A stretch of DNA of 64,000 bases from Tubulanus polymorphus (Eukaryota > Animalia > Nemertea). Under the pieces are notes generated by a model. That model was not told where the DNA came from. It was given only the letters and a program-made list of their open reading frames with translations, and made no database searches. Location: positions 13,858,485-13,922,484 of the forward strand of contig NC_134027.1 in the NCBI RefSeq assembly GCF_964204645.1, in the 5' to 3' direction. This document shows positions 25,998 to 39,532 of the stretch, piece by piece. The first letter of the stretch is position 1. Each line of letters begins with the position of its first letter. Position numbers and translations under genes: made by a program.

Positions 25998-26149
25998 CTG
26001 GACAATACAACATTGTATGGCAGGAATGAAGGACAAACTTTCTTGAGAAACTTTACTGGCATCCATAACATCACTAAAACTGCGCTGCCAAATATAACAA
26101 TTGAAGCCACGAAACGCCGCACATGTCTCAATACTGGTTGATGAATCAT
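25998..26149 (-). CDS. MARCHF6: MARCHF6 coding exon (MIHQPVLRHVRRF...FLPYNVVLS)
   Basis: gacag/gtaaaa, 152 nt. Confidence 0.95.
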
Positions 26150-27730
26150 CTGTCATTAAAAACATAGAAATACATTCAGCAATAGAAATGGAATGCGTAC
26201 ATAAGGAAAAACAACTTTTCTCTGGGATGAAAGAGAACAGGGATGAAAACAGAGGCGTTTGATAAAGGCATAAATATCAATAGCAAGATATTTTGAAATT
26301 TTAAGGGGTTTTTGGCGCATCTGAGGCCCACTTTCCAGCTTTGACAAATAACAAAATAAGATCTTTGCTGCCACGCAGTTGTTTGTCATGAGTAAATGAA
26401 AAAGATGCCTCCAACAATATCCAAATCACGAGAGCATGTTAAAACTTAAAATGCACTTGTCAATAAATCACCGCAAATCCCAAGAGGTCTTCCTATCTAT
26501 CACTCTAGACAAGCACTTAGTGCCTGGATTAAAACAATGACTTATTTTATTGAGCACGTAAGCTATGCTTTGTCGAATGAAGCGAAACAGACCATTGCAG
26601 ATTCTAAATAAAGATTTCCCGCGCAGTGCTTTTACATGTATGATATTATTGATTAGTTGAAACCGTGCAGACAGTGGGTTAAGACAACAGCAACGTTTCG
26701 CAATGATGTTCTAACACCAGATCTAAACTCTCAACTTTTCCCAAAGATCCTTACCCCCTATCATTTTCTCGATTTTGATTCTACATCAAAAACAAGAGAC
26801 CCATGGGCATTGAAGCATTGGTAGATTATACCTTGGTAAGGTGGTAAGGTATTAAGTGTTTTATGTTTTCATCTGCCAGCAAATGGCAGACTTCATGGTT
26901 CACTGGTCCAATGTCTGTCAATAAATGTCTAAATCAGCTATATAGAAAATATCAATAAATGTCTAAATCGGCTATATAGAAAATATCAAGACTAGTCAAA
27001 TTCTGAAGCCTGTCACAAGTTAAAAAGTATGTTATGTGATACCAAAAAAGATATATAAGCATACTATAAAGAGATTTTATGATAAACTGTATCAATGACT
27101 GATCGAACATATTTTTTTGGACAGAAATATCTAACAGTGGATGATGTTATAGATACAATGTGATATTACATTAACTGAATGCTTCATTTCAACTATAATT
27201 GAAATATTATACGTTTTACGTGAACGGAGTTACAATTTGAAGTTACTATAAAAATTAGAAGAGTCGGCACTTCTTTTTACTAAAACTTGCAATCCATTTA
27301 AATAGCAATCGCATGATGTCATAGACGTTAACCAATGCTTAAAACGGCCCTTAACCATGGAAATCCGCGTTTCCGCGGAAGATTTGTATCCCTGTAAGAA
27401 GTAGAAAATTACCCATTTACAGATTTTACCCCAAATCCAAACGGTTACCATCAGGAATTGGAGTTTTTTTTTCTGAATCTGGGGGGTATATTGAGGATAA
27501 ACCCTGGAATGGTCAGTAGAATAACATAATAGTTAGTACAACTGATGGCTAATCCGGGAAATTTGGATTGAACTGAAAGTTTTCTCTTCCAAAGTTGTAT
27601 AGAATTCAAATCTTTAAAAGATTTTCACTATTCAATTATTTTCACCAAAAACAACGAAATTATCTAAAGGAAGCTTATACCTTAATCAAGTTTGCCCATG
27701 TTAATTTAGATTTTTTGAAAAAATACATAC

Positions 27731-27934
27731 CTCTTGTATTGGATGGAAATCAGGATCGTTCAAATTTCTGAGAAACCAGAGGACACCTGGCCGAATTACC
27801 TCTCTCAATAACAGGATGAATGACGCAAAGTAAAAAACATAGATCATTCCAACCAACCAATGAATGAACATAGATGTCCCCGGAGCAAGCTTAAAACTTT
27901 TTTCTCGATCTTTCAGACTTGCATCAAACATCGA
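27731..27934 (-). CDS. MARCHF6: MARCHF6 coding exon (SMFDASLKDRE...WFLRNLNDPDFHPIQE)
   Basis: tttttag/gtatgt, 204 nt; TD domain. Confidence 0.97.
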
Positions 27935-28652
27935 CTAAAAATAATGTATACGTTTTTAACAGAATCAGAAATAGCTTAAATTGGAATCAATGAATTTACA
28001 CATTATGCAATTCCTCAGCAATAACAGTTATATACTATATTGTAGAGAATTGAGCATCTCATCGCAGGACCCTCAAAGAATCCATTGCGCCCCTTTAAGG
28101 AGAAAGTAGAAAACTTCAAACATGTGGTCGGTTTTCCTACCCCGGTGGATTGAATGAAAAATATTGTTTTTCATCACTGACTGAGACAGTCAAACATTGA
28201 CAATAACCCTGATAGATCATCCTTCCCTTGTTAACAACTGTCAGAGATTATCAAGTAAAGAAAGGCTAGAAGTCATTGAGAGATCCGTCAATTGATAGTG
28301 ATGATGAGCCCAAAGGGGTACTACACTTTTCACATTCACTTTTACACATCAAATGGTGCACAATCTGTGGGTTATATTTGTCAACAAGAAAGAAATTCTT
28401 ACAAGAGCCCCGAGGGGCACTATGGCCAGCCTGTCGGCTTCTCATAAAATGGCAAATGATGCATTCTGTGGGTTTTATGTGCACTGCAACAAAGTCATGC
28501 ATCAGGGAATTAATGATACTGTAACGTACATCAGGCAGAGATACTGGATACCAGCGATACGTCAAAGAGTTCTGTCTGCGTTAAAACCCTGTATTACTTG
28601 TAAATTACTGTCGAGTTTACCGTTTAAGTTGCCAAGTTCAGCACCATTACAG

Positions 28653-29278
28653 TGTGAGAGAGTGATTTTTGGACTCTTTATTAGCACTGTATAGTGGCGC
28701 CTCCATTCAGTGCGCCCTCTTTATAGTGTGGTCTATAGTCCCCACTCTGGTATAGGAAATCAACCGCCATATTTTGAATAAGGTTAAATGGTACTAATAC
28801 ATGTAAATAATTTATCAAGTCTTAGACAAGTGATTTTATTAAGTGTGTTTGATTATTGAATTAACTAAATTATTAGATTGTGTCAGATATGTGAATATTA
28901 TATAAATAGTTGTATATTTGATCTATAGCCTCCACTCTGGTATAAGAAATCAAACGACATGGTTTGATTTCTGACTGCTGTCGTAAATAAACTCGATCTT
29001 ATTTAATTTCGATCTCATGTTATGTTTATTTAGAGTCGGCGTCGTCAGACGGTGGAAGCTGTGAGGATCAACTCAGATACTGAGGGTCGTAACTCTGGGA
29101 CTCGTCGGAGAGAATTCACTCTGGAGACAGCGGTCGCTTCGTGCGAACCTCCTTCGCCCTGTATGCAGATTTGCCTTCAAGAGCTCGAGCGATTTGTAAT
29201 AGATTCAACAGGGCAGGCTAAGAGCATTTGTAAGGAAAAGCTCTGTAACCTGTGTTCTTGAGAAAAAGCTCTGTCACA
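28653..29278 (+). repeat. Gypsy 5' LTR (626 bp)
   Basis: tgtgagagag...ctctgtcaca. Confidence 0.92.
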
Positions 29279-29280
29279 TT

Positions 29281-29298
29281 TGGAGGCACCTCCCGGAT
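29281..29298 (+). promoter_or_regulatory. Primer-binding site (tRNA not assigned)
   Basis: TGGAGGCACCTCCCGGAT begins 2 nt after the 5' LTR. Confidence 0.7.
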
Positions 29299-30432
29299 TT
29301 CATTGGAAATTGCTCAATACACGGAAGGGAAAGTTACCGTGAAGGAAATATATATCCATCCGTCACCGTTTATCGTTCGACCGGACGTCAGGTTGTTAAT
29401 AAGTAGTTGATTTGGACAACTGCTACAAAAAAAGGCCGGTGTAAATTCGAATTCGATGTTCGACTTCAGCAAATAGTAAGTACGAAAATACACGTCGCTA
29501 GGTGGCTGGAGAGTAGGGTAGATTCTTGTGTTAACTTGCTATAGCTGTGTTGTGTGCGCATGTGATGTCCTGTGTTTATGTTACTCTGCTCAGATTGAGA
29601 TACATTTATGTTTAGTTGGTGTTAAGACGTGCTGCAGTTTGTTCGGTCTTGGACATTTTCTTTTCATTTCTTTTCTTTTTTGTGCTTATTTTGTATTAGA
29701 TTTCCATTCAGTTTATAAAATCTTCAGTGCTGCCAAGGAGGCATTTTCACTACTATATTATTCTACAATTATTGCTATTATCTAAATATTAAATAAGATA
29801 TTGCGGGATGCTGTTAAGGCTGAAAGCGATTTAGACGCAATGGTGAAAATTTTTTCTAGTCTTCCCAGAACCTCACAAAGTAGGTTGGTGGACAAACTAG
29901 TATCCACCGCCGGATGTTGGGAGGAAAGGCCTAGTCTCTATCCCCCTAAAATCGAAGATTTGGGTGCTTCTTTTATTAATCAACCTGCTCGTCTGGTTCA
30001 GCAAAATGTAGACGCTAAGGACGCTCCTCAGGTGAATGTTTCCGTGCAGTCACCTCGACTATGCGTTTTTAGTGGATCTGAACATAAAGGGGAAGTATCG
30101 TGTATACAGTGGCGTCAGGAAGTCAAGGAAAACGGGAGAAAGAAAAATTCTCCCCGGAGGTCTTACAGGGCTCGAATTTAATTTTTTTGATCACAGGCCA
30201 TAAGTGGCCTAGGATGATAGTGCTGAAAACTCCTCTCCAAGGCCATTTTTTAAACTCCAAAGCCAAATAGTAAAATGCGCCAAAACTGCCTACCGGGTAA
30301 TAACCAATTGAAAGCTTTAGATCAAAAGGTAAATCAACAATGATTTGCAGATATAATTACTAATATAACACTCATTTTTATTCACAATTGCAGTCCTAAG
30401 ACGGATTTCATCATCATTTAAATCTATATTTC

Positions 30433-33400
30433 TCAAAAATCACTGTCCAAATCTGATTCAATGTCAAATCCCTCAAAATTGTCACTATCACAATCTATAT
30501 CCGAGTTTGATGCTAGCGCCTCAACAAGTTCACTATCTACAATCAGATCAAGAAGTGTAGGTCTGGTAGATGTCGTGGACGATTTCCTTGGTTTGTAAGG
30601 TTGCTGATTTGGATGACGAGCACGGCGAGCACTATTAATCCACAGATTAACTGCATCTTGTGGATCATATTCTGAAACCGGTGGACAATCTGACGCAAGT
30701 CTCATCAGACTATTTATTGTTTTGTCACCAAGAGAAAGTCTCCAGTCACCAACAATGCGTTTAAGAAGTGAAAATGCGCGTTCTACACTGGCACTTGCGA
30801 CGGGTAAAACTAGGAGAATTTGTACCACATGCAGCACATTAATATAATCACTAGTTGTATCAGATAACTGGCGTGGAATTACCATTTTCCAAAGTGATGC
30901 TACACCTGTTTTTTTATCACTGAAGTGGGATTGCCAGTTTCGGCGAATAAAACGCTTTAGTTTAACCCATTCTGTTAAACCTCTCTCGGTAACGCATCCA
31001 TTACTTTTCAGGATTTCAGCAAAATGTTGACATATAGCTGTAATCTCCTTGTTTGCATATGCACCCAGGTCAGTGTTGCTCTGACGCGGCCACAGATGAA
31101 CATTTAGCACTTTGCCGCATTTTGACGTAATAGGACATGTGTCTAAGCTTTTGAAACGTTGCTCTATGCAGGTAGTAACGGAAACAACAAGTTCGTTCTT
31201 TGAAATATCATATACCTCAATTGACTGGTTTCCTGAACTTAATCGCACAAGATCCTGATAAATGATATTGCCTTCACTCTCACTTAAATCACCCTTCAAT
31301 CTCTTAATATTATTTCCATCTTTGGAATCTAGTAAAAGCAAAGCCGCGCAGCAATTATCCAGTTGTTCGGCTATACGATAGATCATTGTTTCATCATTTT
31401 GAAAAACTAGTAATAGTTTGGCTAGTTCTTCGAATATATCACATGAGAGATGAGCATAGAAAAGGAACTTTAAATTTTTCATCTTCCTTAGCCATCCTCG
31501 TATCTTTGCTGCATCTTCTTTTTTAATGTCTCGTCTTCAGGGTGATGTCATATCTTCTAGATGATCAATTATCATTGAATAATCTCTTATAAGTGAACGT
31601 AACGCTGACAGCTTGTGGGTAGCCCAACGTGAGCCGCTCGAATGAACAGGTCGGATAATGGATCGTTCGAAAACTTCAGCAAGTCGTTTTAGTTCTCTCC
31701 ATTTTTTTGTGAATTTTTATACATCAGATACAGACCAAGTTATACATCATCAATGCAAAAATAAAGATAAAAAAGAATTCAAAATAGGCCATAGAACAAA
31801 TTCCATGTTGAAGGACATCCATTAACATTTACAGGCTTGATTAGATTCTTTGCAAAAAGTTGATATCTTAAATAGTTAAATGGCTTTTCATTCGAGTGTG
31901 CAAATGGATGACATACTAGAGGAACGGGTGTTAAAAATTTTGATATTGTTTTAAGTCACTGCAGATAGACAGAAGGAGGCCCTTACTGGTTTTTTTTAAT
32001 TATTTTTTAAATAAAGAAGCTTATGGAATGTCTCACCTCCTGGAAGTATGTTGCCTTGAAAGCATCTTTTATTGCCAACTCTAGCCTGTGTGCAGCACAG
32101 TGAATGGATATCAGCCACTCTAAATTATTTGTGTACAAAGCCAGAACGCCATTCACACTTCCAAAGTTCACTGCAGCACCATCAGCTGATGCACCAACAA
32201 GTTGCTTTGTGGGGTCAATGTTCAGTTTTTCCAACGCTATATCGATAACTTGTTTTACACCCACTGGCTCGGATGCTGCTAATTTAGCCCACCGGGCGGC
32301 TTCATGTCCTTCAGATCCTTCGTGATCATTGACCGTAGACAGTTTAACATTTTTTGTTCCATTAATATAAGCCTGACAGTCAACAAGTTGTCTCTGCCCT
32401 TCATGCTTACGGCTAACAGCTGCATCAGGGAATTCCTTACATATTTTGCACCATATGACGGTGACCATTCCATCAGCTTCATTATAACCTAGCCAGTCCT
32501 TATCCCACTTTTTAACTGTCACTAAACAAGCTGGTCGTCCCTTTTTCTCAGTACTGTTAGAAGTAGGCTGAAGGGTTTGAGGTTTTCGCTTTGATGTAAC
32601 TGGTGGTTGTGGTATAGAGATAATCTGCAAAAAATAAATCAACAAATTTCATAACTTTTTTTAGACTGTGTGACGTGTAAGGCCTCTCTACTTCTAATCC
32701 AGTCAAAATAATTAATTTTTGTACTTGAATTATCATTGAATCGGATCCCTCTCCTGTGTATTTACCATATGTTTATTCTTATTTGTTCTCAGTTTGCTTA
32801 GGATTAAAAAAGGTCTGATTTTAACGAAGATAAATGGGCCGGAGAGAGAGAACCCGGAAGTGTTTTTCTTTACACACAGGAAATCTGTTTATTGCCTGTT
32901 TATTATCAATTCGCTCCAATTCAATCAGTTATTACTTACATGGAATTTAATCATAATAATAAATGAATTGGGCTCTTTTGTGTTCGATTTTATCTTATCG
33001 AATATGATGTAAATAAATTCACAGAGGGCAGCACCTCACGATTTGAAAATATCCACGTGCTCTTGCTGACACGAATACATCGTTTTTTGCAAATCAACCG
33101 CTAATATTTACACACATTAATAACACTGTTTACACACTTTACACACATATTTATCTAAAGATCGCACCACCACCATCTAAATATTTCTAAAACTTTTTTC
33201 GTACAGAAGACCGTGTGAGCTCTTTAACGTTTGTTGTTTACTTAAAATAATAATAATTAATAATAATAATTTATTGAGCCTAAAATCCATATAAAATATG
33301 CTCATTGCCTTTACAATATAAAAACACAATTTAAACATAAAGATAGAAAAAACAATTTACATCATTAGTTAAAAGCTTTAGTGAACAAATGGGTTTTAAG

Positions 33401-34329
33401 TTGCGATTTAAAAACATCAGTAGAAGGACTGGATTTAATTGCATCTGGTAAGGAGTTCCGAAATAGTGGGCCGGAGTAAGAAAAGGCCCTGTGACCCGCA
33501 GAGACTAGATTGACACGAGGGATGACTAGAAGTGATTGACTGTTTGATCTTAACACTCTTGAGGATGCCTTGTATTGCACTAATGATTTCAAATATTGTG
33601 GGGCCTAACCATTCAAGGATTTATAAGTAAGAATCAAGATTTTAAATTGGATGCGGTATTTTATTGAAAGCGAATGCAGATCGTATAGAATAGGTGTTAT
33701 GTGACAAAATTTTTAGTTTCGAGTCAGGATCCGGCCAGCAGAATTTTGAACACGTTGTAATTTATCTAAAATGTTGTCAGGGAGGCCAAAGAGTAAAGAG
33801 TTGCAATAGTCAAGGCGAGTTGCCACAAAAGCGTGAATAAGGTGTTCAGCAATTCCTTGATTCAAAAACTGTCTGATCTTACTAATGTTTCTAAGGTGAT
33901 AGAAAGCTACAGAGCATAAGTGGTTTACATGTTTTACCATGGACATGTTCATAAAATATCTAACGAAGCTTATTATAGCCTACGAACTGATTCATCGATC
34001 CGATCGTTGTTTTTTTTAGATTTCGTGTTTATCACGATATAGGGTTTTTCAATTTAATATTCTTATACTCGATCGATCGAGTTGGCCTAGGCCTAAAGTA
34101 GAAAATACAGTAGGCCTACTGATAAGAACTTTTCGGCGGGGATTTCCCAGTATATATCGGTTTTTAAACGCCATATATACCGTGTTACCGTGGTACTGAA
34201 AAAGTTACTAACCTGTATATCAGCCGTTTCTTCATTGGTTGTCTTTGATCTTTTATTTTCCTGAACTTCGCCAGAGATTTCGGCAGGGGGCTTCCTTTTC
34301 ACGCCAAAATCAAATAACGATTTCTGCAT
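30433..34329 (-). pseudogene. Spliced hAT transposase (exons 34329-34213, 32624-32037, ~31755-30433)
   Basis: TTF-type finger WCKICKEF..H..S..H; ASADGAAVNFG; IHCAAHRLELAIKD; PVASASVERAFS dimerisation motif; internal deletion and frameshifts. Confidence 0.85.
33246..33952 (-). mobile_element. 5'-truncated L2/CR1-group LINE in hAT intron 1
   Basis: RLDYCNSLLFGLP..LQRVQNSA..RAFSYSGP..NSLP..FKSQLKTHLF*; (TTA)n tail. Confidence 0.88.
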
Positions 34330-35169
34330 GGCAAATCAAATCCGTCGTTCTTCCGCGAAGATCACACAGATTGTTTATTTGACACGTATTTTCATAAAAA
34401 CATTAGCGATGCGAAGTTGCTATCCTGCTGGTTAAATCCTTTTACAATCACTTGAAGATCGATTATCTACCATGTACGATGATCACAAAATACCTTTTCT
34501 TTATGCGACACGATTTTCATAATGACTAAGTTACACTTGTGATACGTTTGTTATAACAGCTGATGATCGCTTTACAATCGCTCACAATTATAATTATGTT
34601 GACGTAGTAATTGGGAGAATAAAGAAATACTGTAAGTGCATGTGAATCGGGCCATAATAGCTATTCAACGGCTGACGACAATTGAACAATTAGAGATCTG
34701 TCGCCGGCCAAAGGGACACAAATCGACGGCCCTTTTCAGAAAATCGGCGGACAAAAGTGACTGACGTTTTATTGTAATATCAATGCAATCAGCGGCCAAA
34801 ACAATTGAATCGTTGGCAATGGCCTCGATGGCCACGATAACATTCGAGCCCTGTCTTATAATCAGCAGGCTCGGGTTAGTCAAACCGAAGTCGGCACTGC
34901 ATCTCTGGCTCAACAAATGCAGCAAGTGCTGGAACATCTCAACAAAATGGAGAAGGAGATAGCTTCCTTGAAAGAAGAGAAACTCGAGTACAGGAATTGG
35001 CGGGGCAGTCATTGGCAGAGTGGGCCCAGAATTCGTCCAACATTTGTACCGTTGGAGGAGAGAAGATGCTATGGTTGTAAGGAGAAAGGGCACTTGAGAC
35101 GTAATTGTCCCAAGGAGGGAAACGACAACCGGTCAATACCAAAGGGAGGCGACGTTTGCAGTAAATGAA

Positions 35170-37667
35170 GTACCTTGTAGAGCTTTGGTTGACTCTGGAT
35201 CGATGGTATCAACTGTTTCTCGAACGTTTGTGAGGGAATCACTTCCGAATTTGAACATTTATCCAAGTGGAGATTACCTTTTGATTGTTACGTTTCCATT
35301 TCTATTAAATACAGGGAACATGAGCTGGATGTTTTAGCATTGGTTGTTGAGTCCACGCAATACCATCAACAAGTACCGTTTTTAATAGGAACCAATGTCA
35401 TACAACGGATGTCTGGGTTGCCGTTTTCAGAGAAAAGGGATTGTAAAATAGGTACGGTTTGATCGACACGAAACATACGAATTCAAGCAGGGACAGAAGT
35501 CATGGTACACGGAATGGTGAGAACCGATGGCGTTGGGGGTGTAGTGATGACTGATAATCACCTCAGGGGAGCTTCTGGGAAGTTAATCGTGATTCCCACG
35601 GTAAGTACACTCCCCGATGTGAAATGCTGTCGCGTTTCAGTCCGGTCCGTAATAGTAGTGAACATGATGTAAGTATACCTACCCAGAAACCAGTTTGTAG
35701 TCTTGTTCGAGTGGATGAAGTTGCAGTTAACAATAAGTCAAAAAATTTCGGATGGGCGAGCTGAGTCGAAGACCGAAGTATCGGATGAAGAGTTCTTTAA
35801 AGGTGTGGATCTCACGGGGGTTACAACAGAAGTTGAGAAAACCATGTTTAAGGAGTTGTTGGTGAAATGGAAGCATGTTTTTGCGCTCAATGACTTAGAG
35901 CTAGGCTCCACTGATTTATTTGAGCATACGATTCGTTTATCTGATGAGGAACCCGTAAATCTTCGATATCGAAGGATACCTCCCGGAGTGGTCGAGGAAG
36001 TGAGGCAACATTTGTGGATGATGTTGGATGCTGGAGTCATTTGACATTCCTGTAGTCCTTACTCCAGTCCGGTGGTATTGGTTCGAAAGAAGAATGGTGA
36101 GCTCAGGTTCTGCATAGATTATAGGGAGTTGAACAAGAAAACAATACCGGATCTATATAGTTTTCCATGAATTGATGAGGTCCTTAATAATCTAGCAGAG
36201 TGCGATCGGTTTACAGTGCTAGATCGGTTTACAGTGCTAAATCCGGGTACTGGCAGCTCAAGATGTCACGTCGAGATCGGGAAAAGACGGCCTTTAACGT
36301 GGGACCAGGCTTCCGTTTTTAAGAATTTAATAAGATGCCATTTGGTCTGACCGGTGCACCCGCATCTCTTCGGAGGCTGATGGAGCGAGCGCTAGGGGAC
36401 TTGAATTTACGTACATGTATTGTTTATATAGACGATACAATTGTTTTTTCAAAAGGGGCGAAGCAACATATCGAAAGACTGAATGAAGTATTTCGTCGGC
36501 TGGAGAAGGTGGGGTTAAAGGTCAAACCATCGAAATGTGTTTTCCTGAAACCAGAAGTTCATTACTTAGGGCATGTTATTTCCGAAAAGGGTATTCGGAC
36601 GGACCCAGCAAAAACCGAGACAATTCGGAAATGGGAAAGACCGACAACTATCGGCGAGTTACGTTTGTTTCTTGGATTTGCCAGTTTCTACCGACGCTTT
36701 ATTGAAAACTTTGCACCTATCGCAAAGCCGTTAACGGACAAGTTGAAGGGTGTTCCAAATGATTCGAAAGGAAGAGTTAAAAAGAGTCAGATGGATTGGA
36801 ATGAATGTATAATCCTTAAGAAGAAGTTTCGAACAAACAGTCGGGAGGAACAACATTTCGTGAAATATTTTCCTTCTCTAGCGATTGTGGAGGACATGGT
36901 TGTTCGAAAGAAGATGGTGGATGGAAAGGAATACGTGCAGGCTCTGGTTCCCGAGGACAAGAAAGATGTGATTTTGTATTACGCGCATGAAGCATTAGGT
37001 CACATAGGTAAGGATAAAATGTGGTCCGTGATCCAGTCCCGATTTCTGCGGCCTAAGATGTTTTCGGATATAGACCGGTATGCGAAGTCCTGTCGCAGGT
37101 GCGTTCTCAACAAGTCTCCAACTCAACAGGCACCATTAGAGTCCATTCTAACTTCGGAACCCTTGGAATTGTTGTGTTTGGATTTCCTCAAGCTGGAACC
37201 GTCGCACGGATTTGAGAACTTGTTAGTATTAACAGATCATTTTTCGAAGTTTGCCGTCGTTATTCCGACTAAGAACCAGCTAGCGAGATCCACTGCTAAT
37301 GCCATATTTGAAAACTTCATCGTGAAATATGGAATTCCTCGGAGATTGCACAGTGATCAGGGAAGGAATTTCGAAAGTGAGGTCATAAAGGAACTTTGTC
37401 AGTTACTAGGAATGGATAAAAGCCGCACTACTCCATACCATCCTCAAGGGAATGGGTGTGTTGAGAGGATGAATGGGACACCGATTCAACGCTTGTCTCT
37501 TTTAGAACCCACTCAGAAAGGCAAATGGAAAGAGTTCCTGCAAAAGGTGGTATGGCAATACAACTGTAACCCCCATAGTACTGTAGGAGTTAGTCCATAC
37601 TACTTGTTTTTCGGACGGGAACCTGTCTTGGCTTTGGATCGAGTTTTCGGATTGGATAAATTGAATG
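35170..37667 (+). pseudogene. Gypsy pol (protease, RT, integrase; RNase H deleted)
   Basis: ALVDSGS; MPFGL..IVYIDD; HHCC plus CLDF/HSDQG/VERMN integrase motifs; stops, frameshifts, 18-bp duplication near 36204. Confidence 0.9.
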
Positions 37668-37791
37668 AGGTTCCCGCAAAACTAATACCACTTGCGGCGC
37701 CACAGTACAGTATGACATCCGGTCTTCCCGTTGTCAAAGAAAACGTGCTGATTTACTAATTTTTTAATCGTCACTTATCATCAAAATAAAC

Positions 37792-38745
37792 ATGGATTCA
37801 GAGCAATATGAGAAATTTAGTTCAATGACACTCTTTGAACTAAAAGCTAAGCTACGTGAAAGGGGAATAAAAGTATCGGGAAAGAAAAAATTAATTGTAG
37901 ATCAGTAAGTCTGAATGAAACTGAAACACACAATTTTTTTTTACTTCCGGGTTCGCATTCACAGCCTACTTAAGACTTTTACGACTTAACAAACAAAAAT
38001 TGAATTACATGTAATAATTACACTATTTGAGCTGTTCATATGCGAAATTTTTTAATGTTACTGTAATTTGTGCGTCAGAAATTTCTTAAGATTTATTGAT
38101 GGTTATGTGATAGCAGGCCTATTCGTAAAATGACAATGCCAACAATGAACAATGAAGTTTATTCAAACCTGACACTACTACAAACGGGACCTTAAAAGGC
38201 CACTTCTGCAAATAATGATGATTGCCTTTAAACCATTTTTATTTTTTTTCTGTAGGTTAGTATTTTTCGATACAATCGGGAAAAAATTACCGGAACCTGA
38301 GTCGGAATATTGCATGCAGTTGCCGGATCCTTCCCTCTTCAAGGATATTCATGGTGGAATTAGAGAAGCTTTTCCGCCGTGTACCGCCGACAGAATAACG
38401 GAATATTTGAGCTGTTCCGATAAGAAGATTGAAGATTTGTATAAAGAAAGGTGATTAGGCCTAAGGCTGTCTCTATTTTCATAATGTTCATTATATTGCA
38501 CTTTCCTATGAGAAAATTGTGTATTTCTAGATACGACCGATATATAAGATCAACCGCCAAGAATGATCTGACATTTATAAAGGGGAATGTTTGGGCACAA
38601 ATGCGAAAAGCAACATTTTATGGTGTTGAAATATGTCTAAATCGTGATGGGGTTGTTGTCGAGTGTCAGTGTGAATGCGCAGTGGGCCAGGGACCAACAG
38701 CACACTGCAAACACGTAATTTGTATCCTTTACGGACTAGCTCATT
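37792..38745 (+). pseudogene. SAP and SWIM zinc-finger protein (exons 37792-37904, 38256-38450, 38531-~38745), truncated
   Basis: MTLFELKAKLRERGIKVSGKK; CQCECAVGQGPTAHCKHV; phase-consistent GT-AG introns. Confidence 0.75.
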
Positions 38746-39419
38746 TCAATATAACTAACTAGACCTCCTGGCGTGATTCCGATCAATACTATAACAGTAT
38801 TCCAATTTTTATACGTGGAGTAGGTAGCCTGTTGCGCAACAGGCTGCTTGGGTTTCTTTATAGGAATTTCTGTCCCATCAATTATCACTCTTGTTGTTGG
38901 AAATTTGATCTTGAAATCACTTGGTGAACAGAATTGGACTAAGTCCCTACTTGGACAAAAATTTATCTCTCTGAATTCGCACATTAGAAAATTAATCCAG
39001 GTGACAAAGATATTTGTAACCTCCTTTTCATTTATATCGAAAAATCCAGCTATTTCATAATTTGAATACGCTCGACGCAGTTTAATGAGGGTCATATAAA
39101 ACTCATCTTCAGCAGTTAAGGAAGGGGCTATGCCATAATAATAATTCAGTCCATTCACTGTTTCTCCAAGCAATGAAAAAATAAGGATAAAAGTATCATA
39201 ATCTTCTAAACCGGTGTTCAAGTGGAAACATTTTTTATCATAAACATAGTCCTTTGAAGAAAATCCAAGTCTTGCCGTTGTCTGTGAGCATCCGTTTCGA
39301 GTTACACAATTATCAGTTACATGCTGGCATTCATCTGCTTGTAAAAAAGTTTTTTCGGTTGCATCTGAGGCGACATCCACATTTGCACCGACATTGTCCC
39401 ATATTAGGGGAGGAAACAA
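38736..39419 (-). pseudogene. ISL2EU/Harbinger-like DDE transposase fragment
   Basis: EDEFYMTLIKLR HTH; RVIIDGTEIPIKKP..QQATYSTYK..NTV..LIGITPGG. Confidence 0.85.
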
Positions 39420-39532
39420 TTCAATTCGCTGGCGCTTTTTGCCTCGTTCAATTCGATCATTTTGTAAAATGCGTGCTGGTGTTCATCATAGTTGTTAAAT
39501 ATAGGGACTATATCTTTTTAGCAGCGGGAGAG

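Larger units (their letters stand above)
30166..34853 (-). mobile_element. hAT DNA transposon (ZNF862-like transposase) with 5-bp TSD
   Basis: TIR cagggctcgaat/attcgagccctg; tctta on both flanks. Confidence 0.88.
29801..35168 (+). pseudogene. Gypsy gag (PNMA-like), split by the hAT insertion
   Basis: RLCVFSGSEHKGEVSCIQWRQEV (~30060-30125); zinc knuckle CYGCKEKGHLRRNC (~35068-35110). Confidence 0.75.
37668..39490. mobile_element. ISL2EU-like (Harbinger-related) transposon remnant with two convergent genes
   Basis: SAP+SWIM gene on plus, DDE transposase on minus; boundaries approximate. Confidence 0.75.

Noticed and set aside
26918-26988. 34-bp tandem duplication
   Set aside because: Ordinary local slippage; no further structure.
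27230-27451. ORF with SMVKGRFK resembling a Harbinger transposase motif
   Set aside because: Similarity too short; no other motifs or TIRs.
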